From Bacteroidota bacterium (GTDB taxonomy: Bacteria > Bacteroidota > Bacteroidia > Bacteroidales > VadinHA17), in assembly GCA_012729475.1 (NCBI GenBank), contig JAAYDB010000057.1, forward strand, positions 5,203-69,202: a stretch of 64,000 bases of DNA, read 5' to 3'. The first letter of the stretch is position 1. Every line of letters starts with the position of its first letter. The notes under the pieces were generated by a model, which searched no databases, was not told where the DNA came from, and worked only from the letters and a program-made list of their open reading frames with translations. Positions 35,518 through 46,900 of the stretch are shown here, in pieces. The position numbers and the translations under genes were made by a program.

Positions 35518-35550
35518 ATAAAAAGAGAAAGACATCTTTCGATGTCTTTC
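35518..35550 (-). terminator. Intrinsic terminator downstream of the NfeD-SPFH operon
   Basis: Perfect 10-bp stem GAAAGACATC / GATGTCTTTC with a 4-nt loop. The minus-strand tail reads TCTTTTTAT. It lies about 200 nt past the stop; a second AT-only hairpin at 35701-35726 is closer. Confidence 0.45.
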
Positions 35551-35753
35551 AATGATTAACTATAAACCTGATCGTAGAATGGCCGAATGGCCTAAGTAGA
35601 GACTTAATTAATCACTTATATAGACGGCAAAAATATAAATATGTTGCATCAAAACATGTTAAAGAATGTTAATCCTTTGAAATGATGCGGTATGGGAATA
35701 AATATCAGAATATAAAAATCTGATATTCAGGCACCGTTTTATCGGATAAGGGC

Positions 35754-36692
35754 TTATTTCTTTTTATCTCTTGTCTCATTGAACACCGAAGTTGCTGTAG
35801 CAACAATCCCGGCTATATCTGATAAGTCAGAAGGGAGGATCATAGTATTGTTTGTTTTTGCAAGACCGGAGAATGCATTCAGGTATTGTTCTGCTATCCG
35901 GAGATTAACAGCATTAAGTCCGTTTTCTTCAGAAATAGCTTTTGATATGGCTTTAAGACCATTGGCAGTAGCGGTAGCTACCTGTTCAATTTCAGAGGCC
36001 CGTCCCGCTGCTTCATTGATGCGTCTTTGTTTCTCTCCTTCCGATCTGAGAATATATTCCTGTCTTTCGCCTTCAGCAACATTTATCTTAGCCTGTTTCT
36101 GACCTTCAGATTCTGCTATAGTTGCTCTTTTTTCCCTCTCTGCCCTCATCTGTTTCTCCATTGCATCTTTAATGCTTTGTGGAGGTGAAATGTTCTTTAC
36201 TTCATAACGTGTTACCTTTATTCCCCAGGGATCACTGGCTTTGTCAACAGCTTCAACGATAGTGGCATTTATGGATTCTCTTTCCTCAAAGGTCTTGTCC
36301 AGCTCAAGTTTCCCTATCACGCTTCTCATAGTGGTCTGAGCTATCTGGATAGATGCAAAACGGTAATTATCAATTCCGTATGAGGCCCTTTGGGGGTCGA
36401 GTACCTGAAGGTACAGTATGCCATCAACCTCAACCGCAATATTGTCACGGGTAATACAGACCTGAGGAGCAACATCTATTGCCTGCTCTTTCAGTGTGTG
36501 TCTGTATCTGACCTTGTCAATAAAAGGAATAAGTACTTGGAATCCTGCATTATATACTGCCTTGAATTTCCCCAGACGTTCAACAATGATCGCTGTCCTT
36601 TGGGGGACAATCTTTATCATCGATGCAATAAGAATGAAAGCCAGAAATATTACACCCACAAGAATAAAAGTCGTACTTGATGATCCTTCCAT
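35754..36692 (-). CDS. SPFH/Band 7 (stomatin/paraslipin-like) membrane protein
   Basis: N-terminal TM followed by an SPFH domain (IVPQRTAIIVERLGKF...) and a coiled-coil tail. Confidence 0.88.
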   Translation of the reverse strand: MEGSSSTTFILVGVIFLAFILIASMIKIVPQRTAIIVERLGKFKAVYNAGFQVLIPFIDKVRYRHTLKEQAIDVAPQVCITRDNIAVEVDGILYLQVLDPQRASYGIDNYRFASIQIAQTTMRSVIGKLELDKTFEERESINATIVEAVDKASDPWGIKVTRYEVKNISPPQSIKDAMEKQMRAEREKRATIAESEGQKQAKINVAEGERQEYILRSEGEKQRRINEAAGRASEIEQVATATANGLKAISKAISEENGLNAVNLRIAEQYLNAFSGLAKTNNTMILPSDLSDIAGIVATATSVFNETRDKKK

Positions 36693-36697
36693 TTTGT

Positions 36698-37150
36698 TTA
36701 TTTTTTTGGTTCAACTATTAATTTAACATTCTCTTTACTTAATATAACTACAGTCTGCCCTGCCTGTATTTCATGTTCTGATTCTGCAGTCCATGATGTT
36801 CCCTTGAATTCAACTCTTCCTTTTTTACCTTTTCCGAAATTATCTGTGGCAATGCCCTCACGGCCGGTAAATTCATCTTCTATGGCCATGGAATGGTCTT
36901 CTTTTTCAAAGAATAATTTCTTACGTAGTATTTTCCTTAAACATATAAGAGAAAGGATGGAAACAATTAGGAATATTAATATTTGTAGATTGATCCCGGG
37001 ATCCCAGATAAGACATGCCACAGCAGCCATCCAGGCACCAAGCCCGAAGAAAAATATAAAGAATCCGGGTATTATCAGTTCCGCCAGAAAGAATACCAGA
37101 CCAAGAATGAACCAGAAAAGTTCAGGTCTGGAGAAGATGTTTTCTATCAT
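36698..37150 (-). CDS. NfeD-family membrane protein
   Basis: 150 aa, three TM helices plus a C-terminal OB-fold (GRVEFKGTSWTAES). Classical partner upstream of an SPFH gene. Confidence 0.8.
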   Translation of the reverse strand: MIENIFSRPELFWFILGLVFFLAELIIPGFFIFFFGLGAWMAAVACLIWDPGINLQILIFLIVSILSLICLRKILRKKLFFEKEDHSMAIEDEFTGREGIATDNFGKGKKGRVEFKGTSWTAESEHEIQAGQTVVILSKENVKLIVEPKK

Positions 37151-37434
37151 TTTGTGTTGAGTTTATTAGAGATGGAGAAGAAAATTTATTAAAATAAAGA
37201 TACAACAAAAAGATTTACATTAATGAAAGATAATGATAAAAGAATTTACTCATTAAAGCGCAAAAAAATTTTTATCATTGTAATATTATTCGTATATTAA
37301 AAGAGATTTATTAGTGCTCAGCGATGTTCCGGATTTTATAAATCTTATTCCTTGCCCGTAAGGGGTAAGTATTAAAGTATCAGGGTGATACTAATATGAG
37401 AAGTTTAATTCACATGTAAGAACAGGAGGGCGGT

Positions 37435-38157
37435 ATGGACAAATTCCTGAATTATTTTGACAGCAGACGCAGGGAAGCTATCCTGAGCAGGCCATCTTCT
37501 GATGATGGTCCGGTCATAACCATTTCAAGGCAGACAGGATGTGATGCCCGTCAGGTTGCTGAAAGTGTTGTTTATAAGCTTAATCAGAGAGCAGGGAAAA
37601 ACAGATGGCGTTGGGTTGATAAGGATATCATATACGCTATAGCAAAAGAATTGAACACCGACACACAAAGGGTAGAAAATTTTTATGAAGGGCTGTCTCT
37701 TTCTAATATGTCGGAGATGATAATGGCATTCTCTGGTGGTTTTGTAAGTGATATGAGAGTAAAGAAAGCAATCAGGGATGTAGTATTATCAATATGTAAA
37801 GAGGGTTACATTGTTTTGGTTGGACGGGGAGGAGTTGCTATTACCCGTAATATAGTTGATTCTCTCCACATAAGGTTGCTGGCTCCTTTTTACTGGAGGG
37901 TATGCAATGTAATGAAGAAGAAAGATATGACTATAGAAGCTGCAGAGGAATATGTTGTTGATATTGATGAAAGAAGGTTCAATCTGATCACCACATTTCT
38001 TGAGAAAAAATCAATCAATATTGATTATCTGTTCGATGCATGTATCAACCGTCATTCTTTCAGTATTGAAGAAATAGCAGGATTTATTGTATCGATGTAT
38101 GATACGAGGGTGGGAAAACGTGTTTCAGAGCGTAGGAAAACAGCTTATATATTTTGA
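37435..38157 (+). CDS. Cytidylate kinase-like family protein
   Basis: ITISRQTGCDARQVAESV degenerate P-loop region typical of this family. Confidence 0.5.
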   Translation: MDKFLNYFDSRRREAILSRPSSDDGPVITISRQTGCDARQVAESVVYKLNQRAGKNRWRWVDKDIIYAIAKELNTDTQRVENFYEGLSLSNMSEMIMAFSGGFVSDMRVKKAIRDVVLSICKEGYIVLVGRGGVAITRNIVDSLHIRLLAPFYWRVCNVMKKKDMTIEAAEEYVVDIDERRFNLITTFLEKKSINIDYLFDACINRHSFSIEEIAGFIVSMYDTRVGKRVSERRKTAYIF

Positions 38158-38169
38158 TATCACAGTTTT

Positions 38170-39477
38170 TTATATTCCACTTATCTTGTCTATTTTCCGG
38201 ATATGTTCATTCAGTCTTTTATCTAGACTGATTCTGTATGCATCCCAGTCGTTTACAGGGTATTTTGCAACACCACTGTCGATGGCAGCTTTTGCTACAG
38301 CTGGGGCTATATGTGATATAAGACGGGGATCCAGGGGTTTAGGTATGATATATTCTCTTCCGAATGTGAGTGTATCCAGGTTATAAGCTTTCAGCACTGA
38401 TGGTGGTACGGTTTTTTTTGCAAGAGATGCCAGGGCTTTTGATGCTGCCAGTTTCATTTCCTCGTTTATTGCAGATGCTCTTACATCCAGGGCCCCTCTG
38501 AAGATAAAAGGGAAGCCGAGTACATTGTTTATCTGGTTGGGATAATCCGATCTGCCCGTTGCAAATATTAGATCATCTCTTGTTGCCATTGCATCTTCGT
38601 AGGATATCTCTGGATCAGGGTTAGCCATAGCAAAAACAACAGGGTTCACTGCCATTGACGCCAGCATCTGCCTGGTGAGGATATTGGCTGTTGACAGTCC
38701 CAGAAAGAGATCGGCACCGCTGACTGCCTGTTCAAGAGTATCAAGGTCTCGTTTGGTAATAAATTCCTGTTTGTATTTGTTAAGATCACTTCTTTTACTA
38801 TTGATCACTCCTTTTGAATCAACCATTACTATGTTTTCTCTTTTTGCACCCAGTGCAAGATAAAGCCTGGAGCATGATATAGCTGCTGCACCTGCACCGC
38901 ATACAACAATCCTGAGCTTGTCAATTTCTTTTCCGGTTATTTCAATGGCATTCAACAGTCCGGCACTGGATATGATTGCTGTCCCGTGCTGATCATCATG
39001 AAAGACGGGGATGTCGAGGATGTTTTTTAGTTTGGATTCTATCTCAAAACATTCAGGTGCCTTAATATCTTCCAGATTTATCCCTCCGAAAGTAGGCGCT
39101 ATCTTTGAACATATTTCAACCAGTTTATCGGGGTCTTTTTCATCAATTTCAATATCGAAAACATCAATGTCGGCAAAAACCTTGAATAATAATCCCTTAC
39201 CTTCCATTACCGGCTTTCCTGCCAAAGCTCCAATATTCCCCAGACCAAGTACAGCAGTGCCGTTGGAAATAACAGCTACAAGATTCCCTTTTGCAGTATA
39301 AGTAAAAACATCTTCAGGTTGTTTTACAATTTCAAGACAGGGGAAGGCCACTCCCGGGGTATAGGCAAGACTCAGATCGTGTTGTGTGCAATATGGTTTG
39401 GTGGGTATCACTTCAATTTTCCCGTGACGTCCTCTGCTATGATAGAGAAGTGCATCTTCCTTAGTAACTTTTGCCAT
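38170..39477 (-). CDS. NAD(P)-dependent malic enzyme (short form, no PTA-like domain)
   Basis: [31 protein letters not shown] motifs. Confidence 0.88.
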   Translation of the reverse strand: MAKVTKEDALLYHSRGRHGKIEVIPTKPYCTQHDLSLAYTPGVAFPCLEIVKQPEDVFTYTAKGNLVAVISNGTAVLGLGNIGALAGKPVMEGKGLLFKVFADIDVFDIEIDEKDPDKLVEICSKIAPTFGGINLEDIKAPECFEIESKLKNILDIPVFHDDQHGTAIISSAGLLNAIEITGKEIDKLRIVVCGAGAAAISCSRLYLALGAKRENIVMVDSKGVINSKRSDLNKYKQEFITKRDLDTLEQAVSGADLFLGLSTANILTRQMLASMAVNPVVFAMANPDPEISYEDAMATRDDLIFATGRSDYPNQINNVLGFPFIFRGALDVRASAINEEMKLAASKALASLAKKTVPPSVLKAYNLDTLTFGREYIIPKPLDPRLISHIAPAVAKAAIDSGVAKYPVNDWDAYRISLDKRLNEHIRKIDKISGI

Positions 39478-39617
39478 GGATAATCCCGTATTAAACGAAA
39501 ATAATAGTTAAAAAATATGTTAAATAAATACTCAGGATAATTATAATAAGAGACGGGTCCCGGCTACCTTTTCAGTGTAATAATTGAAACTCGTTTTCCT
39601 GTCAAAACCTGAATTAT

Positions 39618-40268
39618 CTAATTATCAGGGATGCCTACTGTCTGAGCCAGGATAATTATCTGATGGGCTTTTAGTCCCAAAGCAGGGGCAAGTTTGTCTT
39701 TGGGTATCATCCCTCTGACAACTGTTCCCAGGTTCGCTGAGGCACAATACAGGTAAACGTTTTGTGCAATGAATCCGGTATTGGCATTAGGCCAGAGGAG
39801 ATCAGCATCTGTTATCTTTTCTCCCACTTTTTTTCCTGCTCTGGTCATGTCAGCTACATAAACAAGGTTGACCGCAGCTCCTCCAACAAAATCCTGTGAA
39901 CCGGTTAGTGTTCTTACATCCCTTTTACTGATTTCTTTAAGAATATGTCCGGATGGTTCATAAAGATATACTCCTGAAGGCAATGCAACATATATATCTA
40001 TTTCCTGTGTATTCCTTGCGGAAGGAGCAGTTCTCATTTTCTGCTCCGGACGATTGTAGCCCCAGGCAGCCCACAACATATCGGATAGTTGTTGTTGGGA
40101 GAGGTTGCTTTTGGAGAAACTACGCACCGATTTTCTCTCGCTGAGTGCCTGCATTAGAGGTTTGCCTCCTTTCTTGTCGGGTGCAGGAAGCCTGATATCC
40201 TGGGCCATGGTAATAAGTGAAGAAAAACTAAAGAATAAAATAAGAAACAATAAGCTAATCTTTTTCAT
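39618..40268 (-). CDS. Secreted nitroreductase-family protein
   Basis: Signal peptide followed by a nitroreductase-like core (RKSVRSF..., AQNVYLYC). Confidence 0.55.
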   Translation of the reverse strand: MKKISLLFLILFFSFSSLITMAQDIRLPAPDKKGGKPLMQALSERKSVRSFSKSNLSQQQLSDMLWAAWGYNRPEQKMRTAPSARNTQEIDIYVALPSGVYLYEPSGHILKEISKRDVRTLTGSQDFVGGAAVNLVYVADMTRAGKKVGEKITDADLLWPNANTGFIAQNVYLYCASANLGTVVRGMIPKDKLAPALGLKAHQIIILAQTVGIPDN

Positions 40269-40317
40269 CTTTGTGAGTTTTGGTTAAGTTCCTGGTCAGA
40301 TATTTTGTAAAACAAAT

Positions 40318-40992
40318 TTACTTATTTCTTAATGAACGGACAATATTTACAGCTTCGCCAACTTTTGTTGTCAGGAGCCCCCATTCTTCTTTCTGTATCA
40401 TTTCTCCGCTAATCAGTTTTGAGCCTATTCCCACACATGTAACACCCGAAGAAAACCATTCCTTGAGATTATCCATTGTTGGCTCTACCCCGCCGGTAGG
40501 CATTATACTTGTCCATGGACATGGTCCCTTGACTGCTTTAACAAAAGCGGGACCACCTACTGATGACCCGGGAAATATCTTAACGATCTCTGCACCAAGC
40601 TCTTCTGCATAGCTTATTTCTGAGAGTGATGCGCACCCGGGACACCATAGTATTTTACGGCGGTTGCATACCTTCGCCATGTCGGGGTTGAGAATAGGGG
40701 AAACAATGAAATTAGCTCCAAGCTGTATATACAATGAGCTGGTCCCTGAATCTGTTACAGAACCAACTCCCATAATAAGATCAGGATAGTTTTTCTCTGC
40801 CCATTTATTGAGTTCACTGAATAACTCATGAGCATAATCACCTCTGTTGGTAAATTCGAATACTCTTATTCCTCCTTCGTAACAGGCTTTGATAACATTC
40901 CTGCATATTCCTGAATCCTTGTTGTAAAAAACAGGAATAATACCTGTTTCCCTCATCCTTACTGCTACCTCAATACGGGAATATCTGGCCAT
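40318..40992 (-). CDS. eda: KDPG / 4-hydroxy-2-oxoglutarate aldolase
   Basis: Class I aldolase pattern (GIRVFEFT, GVGSV, EIVKIFPG). Start taken at M10 because a minus-strand -7 box (41007-41014) lies inside the longer ORF. Confidence 0.78.
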   Translation of the reverse strand: MARYSRIEVAVRMRETGIIPVFYNKDSGICRNVIKACYEGGIRVFEFTNRGDYAHELFSELNKWAEKNYPDLIMGVGSVTDSGTSSLYIQLGANFIVSPILNPDMAKVCNRRKILWCPGCASLSEISYAEELGAEIVKIFPGSSVGGPAFVKAVKGPCPWTSIMPTGGVEPTMDNLKEWFSSGVTCVGIGSKLISGEMIQKEEWGLLTTKVGEAVNIVRSLRNK

Positions 40993-41006
40993 TGAAGATA
41001 CTTTTT

Positions 41007-41014
41007 GTTTATAA
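41007..41014 (-). promoter_or_regulatory. -7 promoter box TACATTTG (minus strand) for eda
   Basis: Plus strand reads CAAATGTA, 15 nt upstream of the ATG at 40992. Confidence 0.4.
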
Positions 41015-41186
41015 TACAAATGTATTCAAATTTGTGGTTTACCCAAACCATTTATTTATACTGCAATCATCTGTCTAATCTGGTTTTTCCCTAAATAATT
41101 TTGCAATTTATGACAAGTGACACATCGTACACAGCTATTATACATAATAAGTCAAAATCCTTATCTTCGTCGGATAAATTTCAACC

Positions 41187-42419
41187 ATGGCTTTAAACTA
41201 TATCTGGATAGCATTTTTCCTGACAGGTTTTCTTGTCGCAGCCGGAAAACTGATTTTCACAGGTGACACAGGTATATTCAATGATCTTGTAAATGCTGTT
41301 TTTACGAATGCGAAGACAGGTTTTGAGATCTCTCTCGGTCTCACCGGGGCTCTCACACTCTGGATGGGTTTACTCAGGATAGGAGAGAAAGGAGGAGTGG
41401 TAGCTATTCTTGGGAGAGCTATAGGGCCCCTTTTCCAAAGACTTTTCCCTGATCTTCCCAAGGGGCATCCTGCCTATGGTTCCATTGTACTGAATCTTTC
41501 TTCAACTATGCTGGGACTGGATAATGCTGCAACTCCCATCGGTCTGAAAGCTATGAAGGAGATGCAGGAAGATAATCCTGAAAAGGATACCGCATCCAAT
41601 GCTCAAATAATGTTCCTTGTAATGAATACTGCGGGCTTCACAATCATTCCTGTAAGTATTATTGTATACAGGATGCAGTTGGGGGCAGCCAATCCTGCAG
41701 ACATTTTTATACCTATACTAATCTCTACTTTTGCCGCTCTTGTAACAGGTATGATAAGTGTTGCGATTATCCAGAAAATAAACCTTTTTGACAGGGTGAT
41801 ACTTGCCTATATCGGAGGTCTTACTGCAATTATTGCCGGTATGGTCTTCTATTTCAGCCGCCTGCCCAAAGAAGAGATTTCTGCAATCTCAACTTTTGCA
41901 GCTAATTTCATCCTTATTGTCGTAATAATATCCTTTATTGTTCTTGCAACGATCAAAAAGGTTAATGTATATGATGCCTTTGTTGAAGGTGCCAAAGAAG
42001 GATTCAACATTGCTGTTAAGATTATTCCTTTTCTGGTAGCTATTCTGGTAGCTATAGGGGTATTCCGGGCTTCAGGCGCTATGGATTTTCTTATTGCTTC
42101 TGTAGCATCCCTTTTTCAATGGATGGGACTGGATACACGTTTTACAGGAGCATTGCCTGTGGCCCTTATGAAACCACTGAGTGGCAGCGGGGCAAGAGGC
42201 CTGATGGTCGATGCCATGGCAACACACGGTGCAGATTCGTTTATTGGGCGACTGGCCTGTACCATGCAGGGAGCTACTGATACAACTTTTTATATAATAG
42301 CTGTGTACTTCGGTTCAGTGGGAATAAAAAACACACGATATTCTGTAGGTTGCGGACTTCTTGCCGATTTTGCGGGTCTGCTTACAGCTATATTGACAGG
42401 ATATCTGTTCTTTGGCTAG
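41187..42419 (+). CDS. Nucleoside-recognition (Gate) domain membrane protein, SpmA/SpmB-like fusion
   Basis: 410 aa polytopic membrane protein. Family recognised from sequence pattern only. Confidence 0.55.
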   Translation: MALNYIWIAFFLTGFLVAAGKLIFTGDTGIFNDLVNAVFTNAKTGFEISLGLTGALTLWMGLLRIGEKGGVVAILGRAIGPLFQRLFPDLPKGHPAYGSIVLNLSSTMLGLDNAATPIGLKAMKEMQEDNPEKDTASNAQIMFLVMNTAGFTIIPVSIIVYRMQLGAANPADIFIPILISTFAALVTGMISVAIIQKINLFDRVILAYIGGLTAIIAGMVFYFSRLPKEEISAISTFAANFILIVVIISFIVLATIKKVNVYDAFVEGAKEGFNIAVKIIPFLVAILVAIGVFRASGAMDFLIASVASLFQWMGLDTRFTGALPVALMKPLSGSGARGLMVDAMATHGADSFIGRLACTMQGATDTTFYIIAVYFGSVGIKNTRYSVGCGLLADFAGLLTAILTGYLFFG

Positions 42420-42563
42420 ATAAATGGGCTCCGGATTGAATAACTGAAACATGGAAAAGTAAGTAGAGTAATGGAATAATGTCTGTTTCAATGAAAGGTA
42501 TAGTGATTACCAGATGATATTTTTACCAGTATTCTACTGTGAATACTATTCAGTTGAGTAATT

Positions 42564-43880
42564 ATGAATAACAATGAACTTGCAGAGAAAATTTTTTTAG
42601 CCGGAATCAGATCAGTTTTACCCGGCAGGCTGATAGAGAATATTTTTTCTCTTAAAGGATCTGTTTTAAGGATAGGACATCTCAGCTATGATCTTGCCAG
42701 TATAAAAAATGTCTATATTCTGGGAGCAGGAAAGGCAAGTGCTGCAATGGCACATTATGTTGAATATATTCTGGATGACAGGATAAAAGACGGATTTATT
42801 GTCACGAAATATGGATTTTATTGCAAACTCAGATATATCAGAGTTGTGGAAGCGGGACATCCTGAACCTGATGTAAACAGCTTCAGGGCTTCTGATGAGA
42901 TCCTGCACATCGCAGATATGGCTGACGAAAACGATCTGGTTATCTGTCTTTGGTCCGGCGGAGGATCGTCTCTTCTGGCTGATTATCCTGTTGTATCTTC
43001 GCCTGAAGATGTTATTTGTATGTATAAATTACTCGTGAAAAGTGGTGCGGATATCAGGGAGATGAATACTGTCAGAAAGCACCTGTCTGGTGTTAAAGGT
43101 GGTTTTCTGGCAAAACATATCTGTCCGGCACCGTTTGTCAGTATTCTCCTGTCTGATGTGATAGGTGACCATCCTGATATAATTGCATCAGGGCCTGCTG
43201 TACCTGATGATACTACTTTTGCTGATGCCTTGAGAGTTCTGGAGGACTATAATCTTATCAGTGAAGCTCCGGAACGGCTTGTAAATTATATAGTTGAAGG
43301 AAAGGAAGGTAAATGGCCGGAGACACCCGAAACAGGTAATCCTGTTTTTAATAATTCTGCTGTTCTGCTTGCAGGTTCGAACAGGACAGCTCTGCAGGCT
43401 GCACGCAGTGAAGCGGAAGAAAAAGGCTTGACAACATTTATAATTACATCTGAATTATGTGGAGAGGTATCAGATGCCTGTTCTTCTATAATGGATACAA
43501 TACAGGAGTACCTTAAGAATGACAATATCAAAAAGCCTTTGTGTCTTCTCTTCGGAGGAGAAACTACTGTAAAGGTTACAGGTAAAGGGTCAGGGGGAAG
43601 GAATCAGCATCTGGCTCTTAGTGCTGCAATGAAACTTAAGGATATCCCTGGCGTTACGATGCTGGCTGCAGGTACCGACGGGAATGATGGTCCCACTGAT
43701 ATGGCCGGAGCAGTAATAGATTCAGACACTGTAAAAAATGCACTCGCAATAAATATTAATCCGGAAAGTTACTTTTTTGATTTTGATTCGTATAACTTTT
43801 TTAAGTTGACCGGAGGCCATATTCATACAGGGCCAACTATGACCAATGTTATGGATATGATAGTAGTTATTATAAGCTGA
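42564..43880 (+). CDS. Glycerate 2-kinase (DUF4147/MOFRL family)
   Basis: YILGAGKASAAMA and GGETTVKVTGKGSGGRNQHLAL motifs. Confidence 0.8.
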   Translation: MNNNELAEKIFLAGIRSVLPGRLIENIFSLKGSVLRIGHLSYDLASIKNVYILGAGKASAAMAHYVEYILDDRIKDGFIVTKYGFYCKLRYIRVVEAGHPEPDVNSFRASDEILHIADMADENDLVICLWSGGGSSLLADYPVVSSPEDVICMYKLLVKSGADIREMNTVRKHLSGVKGGFLAKHICPAPFVSILLSDVIGDHPDIIASGPAVPDDTTFADALRVLEDYNLISEAPERLVNYIVEGKEGKWPETPETGNPVFNNSAVLLAGSNRTALQAARSEAEEKGLTTFIITSELCGEVSDACSSIMDTIQEYLKNDNIKKPLCLLFGGETTVKVTGKGSGGRNQHLALSAAMKLKDIPGVTMLAAGTDGNDGPTDMAGAVIDSDTVKNALAININPESYFFDFDSYNFFKLTGGHIHTGPTMTNVMDMIVVIIS

Positions 43881-43932
43881 AGGACATATAAGAGGGCACT
43901 GCCAGGCAAACTTGCCTGTTAAAAAAAACTTT

Positions 43933-43940
43933 TAATTTTG
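43933..43940 (+). promoter_or_regulatory. -7 promoter box TAATTTTG
   Basis: TAnnTTTG match. It overlaps the TTG at 43938, which argues for the ATG at 43977 as the true start. Confidence 0.4.
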
Positions 43941-43976
43941 CCCCCTGAAAAAAGAAAGTCAATTCTGTTGATTATC

Positions 43977-46900
43977 ATGAGAAGAATTTTTTTGCTGGTG
44001 CTTTTTATACTATTATTGCCATGTTTATTAATGGCCCAGCATGGTTCACCTCTTCTGACACATTATACTGAAAGCCGCGATATTGAGAATCAGAACTGGG
44101 CTATCTGTCAGGATGAGAATAATGTAATGCTATTTGCAAACCGAAAGGGAATTCTTGTTTTTGACGGAGCCGAATGGTCCTTGTTGAGAATACCCGCTGT
44201 TCCGTATTCAATGCAGAAAAATCCTTACAACGGTAAGATTTATATTGGAGGGTACAATAACTTCGGATTCCTTGAAAAAGATGCAGAGGGATCTTACAGC
44301 TACGTCTCCCTGTCAGGAAATATTGTAGGTGTTGGGGTAATAACAAAAATAGCCTTCAGGGATTCTCTGGTGTATTTCTATGGTGACAGATCTTTGATCA
44401 GATATAATCTCAGGGAGAATGTTTTTGAAATGAATCTGAATTCCAGGCCGGATTTGCCTTACACAGGACTGATAATAACATCCCAAAATACTTTTGTGAA
44501 TGTAACAGATAAAGGTTTGTACAGGATCGACAGTGATACATTATTTCCCATTGTAACAGGATATCTGACTGAAAAGGAGATCATCCTTTTTTCGTTGCCT
44601 TATGATGAGTATAGAGTGCTTGTAGGCTTCGGCAGTGGAAGGCTGGCTCTTTTTGACGGTATTAAATATTATGACTACACAATAAAAGACGAGAATTATT
44701 TACAGGAGAATATTTTATCTGAAGGTATTATGCTGGGAGATTCCACCTTTGCTTTTTCCACACTGGAAGGTGGTGCTTTAATTGTTGATAAATACAGCCG
44801 GGATGTAAGATTTACCCTAAATAATCAGAACTCTTTGCCTGACGATGAGATCTTTGCCATTGGATCGGACAATACCGGTGGCCTGTGGCTGTCTCACCAA
44901 TATGGCCTGACCAGGGCTGACCTCAGTTTGCCCGTTGAAAACTACACTATTCTGCCCGGACTGCACGGGAATCTTTCTTCAGCTCTTACTTTCAACGATG
45001 AATTGTATGTAGCAACCAGTGAAGGTGTCTATTATCTTGCTGAGGTAAAGAATTATACTGAAGTCGAAGTACTTATAAAGAAGGAAGAGCCTATTAAGAC
45101 GGTAAGTGTTGTTAATGAAGCAGAAATGCCTGAGCAGAAGGCAGAAAAGGGAAGAAAAGGTATTTTTGCACGTATACTTGGCAGAACAGCCAATCATATT
45201 GATGATATCGATTCGGACGACAGAGAGGAAATACATGTTGTTATACAGGATAAACCTGTTGAACAATATACCTGGAAGACTGTAAGCAAACTGAAATCAA
45301 TTGACAATATATACAGGAAAGTTGAGGGTATGAATGAAAAATGCCGTCAGCTTGTCAGCACTCCCTACGGAATACTTGCTGCAACAAATCAGGGGTTATA
45401 TGCCATTAAGGATCATAAAGCGGAACTTATAATGAAAAACCGCTATATTAATTATATTGCATGGACACCTGTTGGAAGCCGATACTGGGTGGGCGCCAGC
45501 GGTGGTTATTTTGCAGTCAGTTTTCTGAACGGCCATTGGCGTCAGGAAACTCCCGATCCGGGCTTTACTAACCCCGTACATTCAATCCTTCAGGAAGATA
45601 GCAGAACTCTGTGGTTAGGGATTGACAATGCAGCTTATAAGGCAAATCTGAAAGCAAATAATAACAAGGTCAATTATATACCTTATGTACTTCCGAATGA
45701 TTTTCCTGAAAGATATATGATTGACATGATAAACGATACAATATATATATTCACCGAAGCAGGAATACATTATTATGATCCCGGTTCAGACAGGTTTGAG
45801 TTTTTTCATGAAGAAGGGGCTTCAGAAGAACCGGGAATTATTGTTCCGGTATCAAACCACAGATTTTACAAACGGGGCAAAGAATGGAAATCTCTTGATA
45901 AGCCGAAAACAAAGGAAAATGAATTATCACTCCTGAAAATATTCGATGATATTGTAGCTCTTACACTTGAACCTGACAAAATCTGGCTGATTGACGAAAA
46001 CAACCAGCTTTTTGGTATTGACCGTGCCAGATCCTCCAATGTTAAGCCCGAAGTGAATGTTTATATTAAAAGTATATCAAACGGAAAAGGCGTAAAATTT
46101 ACTCCTGATAACGTCAATTTCGAAAGAGGTGATAATGTGCTCAATTTTGAAATTATTGCCCCCGGTTACCTTAAGCAAAATTCAACACAGTATCAGTATT
46201 TTATAGAAGGTAACATGGAAGACTGGTCGCCCTGGTCGGAGCGGACTGTTTATGAAAGGACTATAGCCAACCCCGGTAATTATACACTTCAGATAAGGGC
46301 AAGGGATCTGTGGGGTAATATAAGTGAAATACAATCAGTGAGATTTAATGTAAAAGCACCATTTACAAGGACTGCGGGATTTTATGTTGCAACGGGTTTA
46401 CTGCTGCTGTTACTTATAATTTTTGTTATTCGTTTCAGGGAAAGGCAGCTACGTAATAAAACGAAGTTTCTGGAAGACAAAGTGCAGGAACGAACCTTCA
46501 AAATTGAATCACAGAAACAGGAAATTACATCAAGTATTGAATATGCAAGCAGGATACAGATGGCGATGCTTCCAACGGAGGATCATATCAAAGAATTGTT
46601 TGATGATTACTTCGTTATTTTTAAACCAAGAGACATAGTGAGTGGTGACTTTTACTGGATAGGAGAGGATAGTAAATCTGTTTTTTTTACAGTGGCAGAT
46701 TGCACAGGCCATGGTGTCCCGGGAGCCTTCATGAGTACAATGGGTATCTCAACTCTGAATGAAATAATTTCCAATAACCATAACCTGCAGGCTAATAAGA
46801 TACTTAACCTGTTAAGAACAAAAACCATGACTGCTCTTCACCAGACAGGAAAAATTGGTGAGGCTGCTGATGGTATGGATATAGCTTTTTGTGCCCTGGA

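Noticed and set aside
35701-35726. AT-only 9-bp hairpin AATATCAGA/TCTGATATT just downstream of the SPFH gene
   Set aside because: It may be the true terminator, but it has a weak stem and no clear U-tract. It is recorded only as an alternative to the 35527-35550 hairpin.
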